A stretch of 64,000 nucleotides of DNA from Planctomycetales bacterium (lineage in GTDB: Bacteria; Planctomycetota; Planctomycetia; Planctomycetales; Planctomycetaceae), in contig JBIKMW010000001.1 of the NCBI GenBank assembly GCA_044359065.1, positions 133,802 to 197,801 on the forward strand. Reading direction: 5' to 3'. Shown one piece after another: positions 61,165 through 64,000 of this stretch. The stretch's first letter is position 1. Every line of letters starts with the position of its first letter. The position numbers and the translations under genes are program-made. The notes under the pieces are model-generated. The model was not told the DNA's origin. It ran no database searches and saw nothing but the letters and a program-made list of their open reading frames with translations.

Positions 61165-63087
61165 ATGGCCGTGATGCGTTCGCCCTCGTCCGCGGTTGCG
61201 CTCGACGTTTGCCCGACCGTGCGATCCGCCCCGTCCGAGCGATCCGTTCCGCCCCGTCGTCGATTTCGTGGTCTGGCGCTGCTGGGCGCGGTCGGCCTGT
61301 GCGGGGCCGCCGGTTGTTCGCACCTGGTCGAACAACGGGTGATCTCCGCCTTTGCCGAGAGTTTGAGCGACGGAAACGTGGCGAAACTCCGCAAGGTTTC
61401 GTCGTCCGAATTCGCCGCCAAGGCGCTCCCCGAGGACGAGGCTCTCGCGTCGCTCAAGACGCTCGACCTTCCCGATGGCAAAATCAAGGTGTCCAAAGTC
61501 GAGGAAATCGACGAGACGACGCGCAAAGTGACGGTCGAAGTCGGCGAGAAGAAGCGCAAGCTCGTGTATCAGTTGACCCGCGCCGACGAGAAGTCGGCAT
61601 GGGTCGTCGACGACCTGTTTCTGAAGTCCCGCGAAAAGGGGACCGGACGCTCGGTCGCCGAACAAGTCAGCCTGTTGGTCGCCGTTCGCGAATTCGTCGA
61701 GGCTTGGCAGTCGAACGACCGCCAGCAGATTCTGGGCAGCGTCTCCCCCGACATGCGTCAAGCCCTCGGCGAGGTCCCCGCCCCCGCGATGCTGGTGCTG
61801 TGCCAGGGGGTCGTCACAGGCCTGTCGATTGAGCAAACACAACCGGCCGCCGTCATCAACGAGGACACGGCCGATGTCCGCCTGCCGACCGATAACCACG
61901 TGGTGGTCGTGCAGATGGAACGTAACGGCAATGGTTGGCTGGCCCGCCGGGTTTCGGTGGAAGGCCGACGCGGCGGCGGGACGGTCGACTCCGTCGCCGA
62001 AATGGCGGTCGTGACGCGCGCGGTCCTCGAGTTCCACCGGGCCTATCGCGGAGCCGACAAACAGACGTTGGGGCGGCTGTGCACGCCGAAGTTCTACGAC
62101 GGCAGCCTGTCGGTCGCCGACCTCAGCCTCGTCCCGCTTCCGGAAGTGTCCGACGACTCCAAGGGGTTGGACATCAAAATCGAAGGGGGTGTCGCCCACT
62201 GCGTCGCCAACGGCGACGGGGAAGTCCTGAAGATCAGCCTGCTCAAGTTGCCGCAGGAAGACCCGCTCAAACTGCCGGAATACCGCGTCGACGAAGTGGC
62301 GCTGTACGAACTCAACGGCGCGCAGGACAAACGCCTCTCGGTGCTGTTCACCGGCCACGCCCTGCTGCAGGTGTATGGAGAAGCCCTCGCGTCGCGAAAC
62401 CTGGACGGGCTGCGGCTCGGATCGACCGCCGAGTTCAATCAGATGGTGTGGAACAAACTCGACGAACGACGCGTTCGCAACATCCCGTTGCCGGGAGTGA
62501 AGACCGGAGCGATCCGCATCGTCAACTCGGTGTTTCAAGGTTCCACGACGCGCATCACCGTCGAACAGGGGGGGCAACCGGTCACGTACGTGTTGCGCGA
62601 CCAGGGTGGCCGCGTGCTGATGGACGATGTCCTGACTCCTGCCTTCGATCGCCCGCAATCGCTCAAGCTCACCCTCGAAGCGATGATTCCGGTGACAGAC
62701 TTCGCCCAAGCGTTCGCCATCGGGGCCGTCGCGCCGGAAGTTCCCAAAACCGAATTCGAGAAGGGGGCGGCGCGGACGCGGGTCGACGCGGCCAAGGGGA
62801 ACTCCTCGCGCGAGTTCTGCCGCGTCGTCTGGAACCAGGTCGACCACATCCCCCGCCTGGGACGCAATCCGCACGAATTCTTCCAGCAACCGCTCAACAA
62901 GCTGGAGCTCAAGACGGATCGCGCGGTCGTAGTGCTCGGGGACGACAACCGGGGGGCCAAGATCCAGCTTGTCCGCGAACACGGGCAATACGTCGTCGAC
63001 GACGTGGAGTTGATCGCCGGCCCGCTGCCCGACCAACGTCAAAGCCTGCGGCGCTTGCTGCGGACGACAATCCACCAAGGGGGCTGA
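61165..63087 (+). CDS. Lipoprotein built from about five tandem NTF2/DUF4878-like modules
   Basis: ATG at 61165. Lipobox LCGAAGCS. Five modules start V--F--A(W/Y/F) and end in an aromatic-hh-DD-h strand: AWVVDDLFL, GWLARRVSV, YRVDEVAL, RVLMDDVL, QYVVDDVEL. Confidence 0.65.
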   Translation: MAVMRSPSSAVALDVCPTVRSAPSERSVPPRRRFRGLALLGAVGLCGAAGCSHLVEQRVISAFAESLSDGNVAKLRKVSSSEFAAKALPEDEALASLKTLDLPDGKIKVSKVEEIDETTRKVTVEVGEKKRKLVYQLTRADEKSAWVVDDLFLKSREKGTGRSVAEQVSLLVAVREFVEAWQSNDRQQILGSVSPDMRQALGEVPAPAMLVLCQGVVTGLSIEQTQPAAVINEDTADVRLPTDNHVVVVQMERNGNGWLARRVSVEGRRGGGTVDSVAEMAVVTRAVLEFHRAYRGADKQTLGRLCTPKFYDGSLSVADLSLVPLPEVSDDSKGLDIKIEGGVAHCVANGDGEVLKISLLKLPQEDPLKLPEYRVDEVALYELNGAQDKRLSVLFTGHALLQVYGEALASRNLDGLRLGSTAEFNQMVWNKLDERRVRNIPLPGVKTGAIRIVNSVFQGSTTRITVEQGGQPVTYVLRDQGGRVLMDDVLTPAFDRPQSLKLTLEAMIPVTDFAQAFAIGAVAPEVPKTEFEKGAARTRVDAAKGNSSREFCRVVWNQVDHIPRLGRNPHEFFQQPLNKLELKTDRAVVVLGDDNRGAKIQLVREHGQYVVDDVELIAGPLPDQRQSLRRLLRTTIHQGG

Positions 63088-63184
63088 GTGACTCTCCGAA
63101 AATGCCGGTCGGGACACCATCCGCTGTGCTTTTTGCACACACTCACCACCGCGGATTGAGTGATACACAGCATTTCGGAGAGCG
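63088..63184. repeat. 97-bp repeat bounded by terminal inverted repeats, copy 2 (starts directly after the lipoprotein stop codon)
   Basis: gtgactctccgaaaatgccggtcgggacacca ... gcatttcggagagcg. Same length and same ends as 27883-27979. The central part diverges. Confidence 0.75.
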
Positions 63185-63523
63185 CGTGGCGCGGACCGGT
63201 TCGACCGGTTGTGCGGAGCTTGTCGTCGCGGTTCGATGATTCGCGTCCTTCTCGACCTGTATCGGTGATGGGAACGCGTCCCGAGGGACGAAAGCGCCCG
63301 AGGCGGGTGTGTCCATTCCCCTTCGCCGCGTGTCCTGCTTGGCCCGCTTTGGGGACAAGCATGCGAACCGCGTGACGACGAACCCCCTCTAAATCTCTGC
63401 GCATCTTTCGGGTGATTCAGGCACAAAGCGACTCGCTGGCCTCAGGCATGCTGGCCCCGTAAAGCCGGTGCCAGCATGGCACCCCATACGCATCCCCCCC
63501 CGTTCCCGTCAGGGTCGGTCTCC

Positions 63524-64000
63524 ATGCCCCCACGCAAGAAACCGGTCGCCGCCGCCGCCGCCACCCCCACCTACGGCGACCCCTCGACTTTTCTGGCGGA
63601 CTTCCTGCGGTACGAGGAGGCCGAACTCGGGGCGTCGCGCAACACCCGAGCCGCGTACCGCACCGACCTCGAGCAGTTCTGCGCGTGGTTCAAGGAATCC
63701 GGCCCCGAGACCGTCCAGCAAGTGACGCTGGCCACGCTCACCTCGTTCCTGGAACACCTGCACAACCGCCAACTGGCCGCCTCGTCCATTGGTCGCAAGC
63801 TGGTCGCGGTCAAAATGTTCTTCCGCTACCTCGTGCTCGAAGGGGTGCTCAAACAAAGCGTGGCGGATCTGCTCAATTCGCCGAAACTGTGGCAGAAGTT
63901 GCCGCAGGTGCTCAGTCCCGAGAACGTCGAGCGGTTGCTGGTCGAACCCGGCAAGGACGACCGCTGGCCCCGCCGCGACCGGGCGATTCTCGCGCTCCTG
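63524..64000 (+). CDS. XerD/XerC-like tyrosine recombinase, N-terminal part (runs off the window)
   Basis: Not in the ORF track because it has no stop in the window. Manual translation from the ATG at 63524 gives MPPRKKPVAAAAATPTYGDPSTFLADFLRYEEAELGASRNTRAAYRTDLEQFCAW...SIGRKLVAVKMFFRYLVLEGVL...LPQVLSPENVERLL...RDRAILALL. Confidence 0.8.
   Translation, partial: MPPRKKPVAAAAATPTYGDPSTFLADFLRYEEAELGASRNTRAAYRTDLEQFCAWFKESGPETVQQVTLATLTSFLEHLHNRQLAASSIGRKLVAVKMFFRYLVLEGVLKQSVADLLNSPKLWQKLPQVLSPENVERLLVEPGKDDRWPRRDRAILALL

Noticed and set aside
60940-63426. 828-aa minus-strand ORF
   Set aside because: It is antisense to the modular lipoprotein gene, with shadow-like composition (R/G/D/V/L-rich) and no motifs. 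The same reasoning applies to 2632-4029 (-), 3791-5554 (+), 19408-21267 (+), 27685-30051 (+), 36040-37527 (+), 39702-40895 (-), 49432-51495 (+) and 56106-57611 (+).

Overview
This is a 64-kb high-GC bacterial chromosomal segment. The gene content includes a DUF1501 protein, a Tat-signal Gfo/Idh/MocA oxidoreductase, WD40 and PD40 beta-propellers, a TonB-type barrel and a CPBP protease, and there are many long Arg-rich antisense shadow ORFs. This looks like Planctomycetota, possibly Gemmataceae-like, but that is inference only. I call about 45 protein genes and found no rRNA, tRNA or CRISPR. The core blocks are: (1) a Ski2-like helicase 3' end; (2) rpiA plus a pgl-rpe fusion gene; (3) a DtxR-family repressor with a metal ABC importer that has no permease gene; (4) rpsB-tsf-pyrH, followed by RlmI-like, RlmM-like and RimI-like modification enzymes; (5) a TetR regulator plus a DevB-type membrane-fusion gene; (6) a roughly 10-kb pilus-type chemosensory operon in the order REC, REC, CheW, MCP, hybrid CheA, extra CheW-like gene, with no cheB or cheR. 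Accessory or decayed DNA sits in four patches. First, an IS630 remnant at 2.0-2.6 kb. Second, a decayed integrase fragment plus an AT-richer orphan gene at 34.7-36.1 kb, which appears to have cut off the permease and ATPase genes downstream of the DevB-like gene. Third, an AT-richer SUKH/TPR-like orphan plus an IS1182-like pseudogene at 40.8-43.6 kb. Fourth, an Avd-like four-helix-bundle remnant, a second IS1182-like end and an IS5 end at 58.0-59.1 kb. The two IS1182-like ends form a roughly 365-bp inverted repeat that brackets the chemosensory cluster. Other notable items are a 97-bp repeat with terminal inverted repeats present twice, each copy abutting a stop codon; a P-loop NTPase with a TM hairpin inserted between Walker A and Walker B; and a trypsin-fold protein lacking catalytic His and Ser, fused to a DUF1080-like domain. 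I cannot show from sequence alone that any of these is a new functional system. The candidates are ranked in the findings. All family assignments come from motif recognition by eye, not from database searches.
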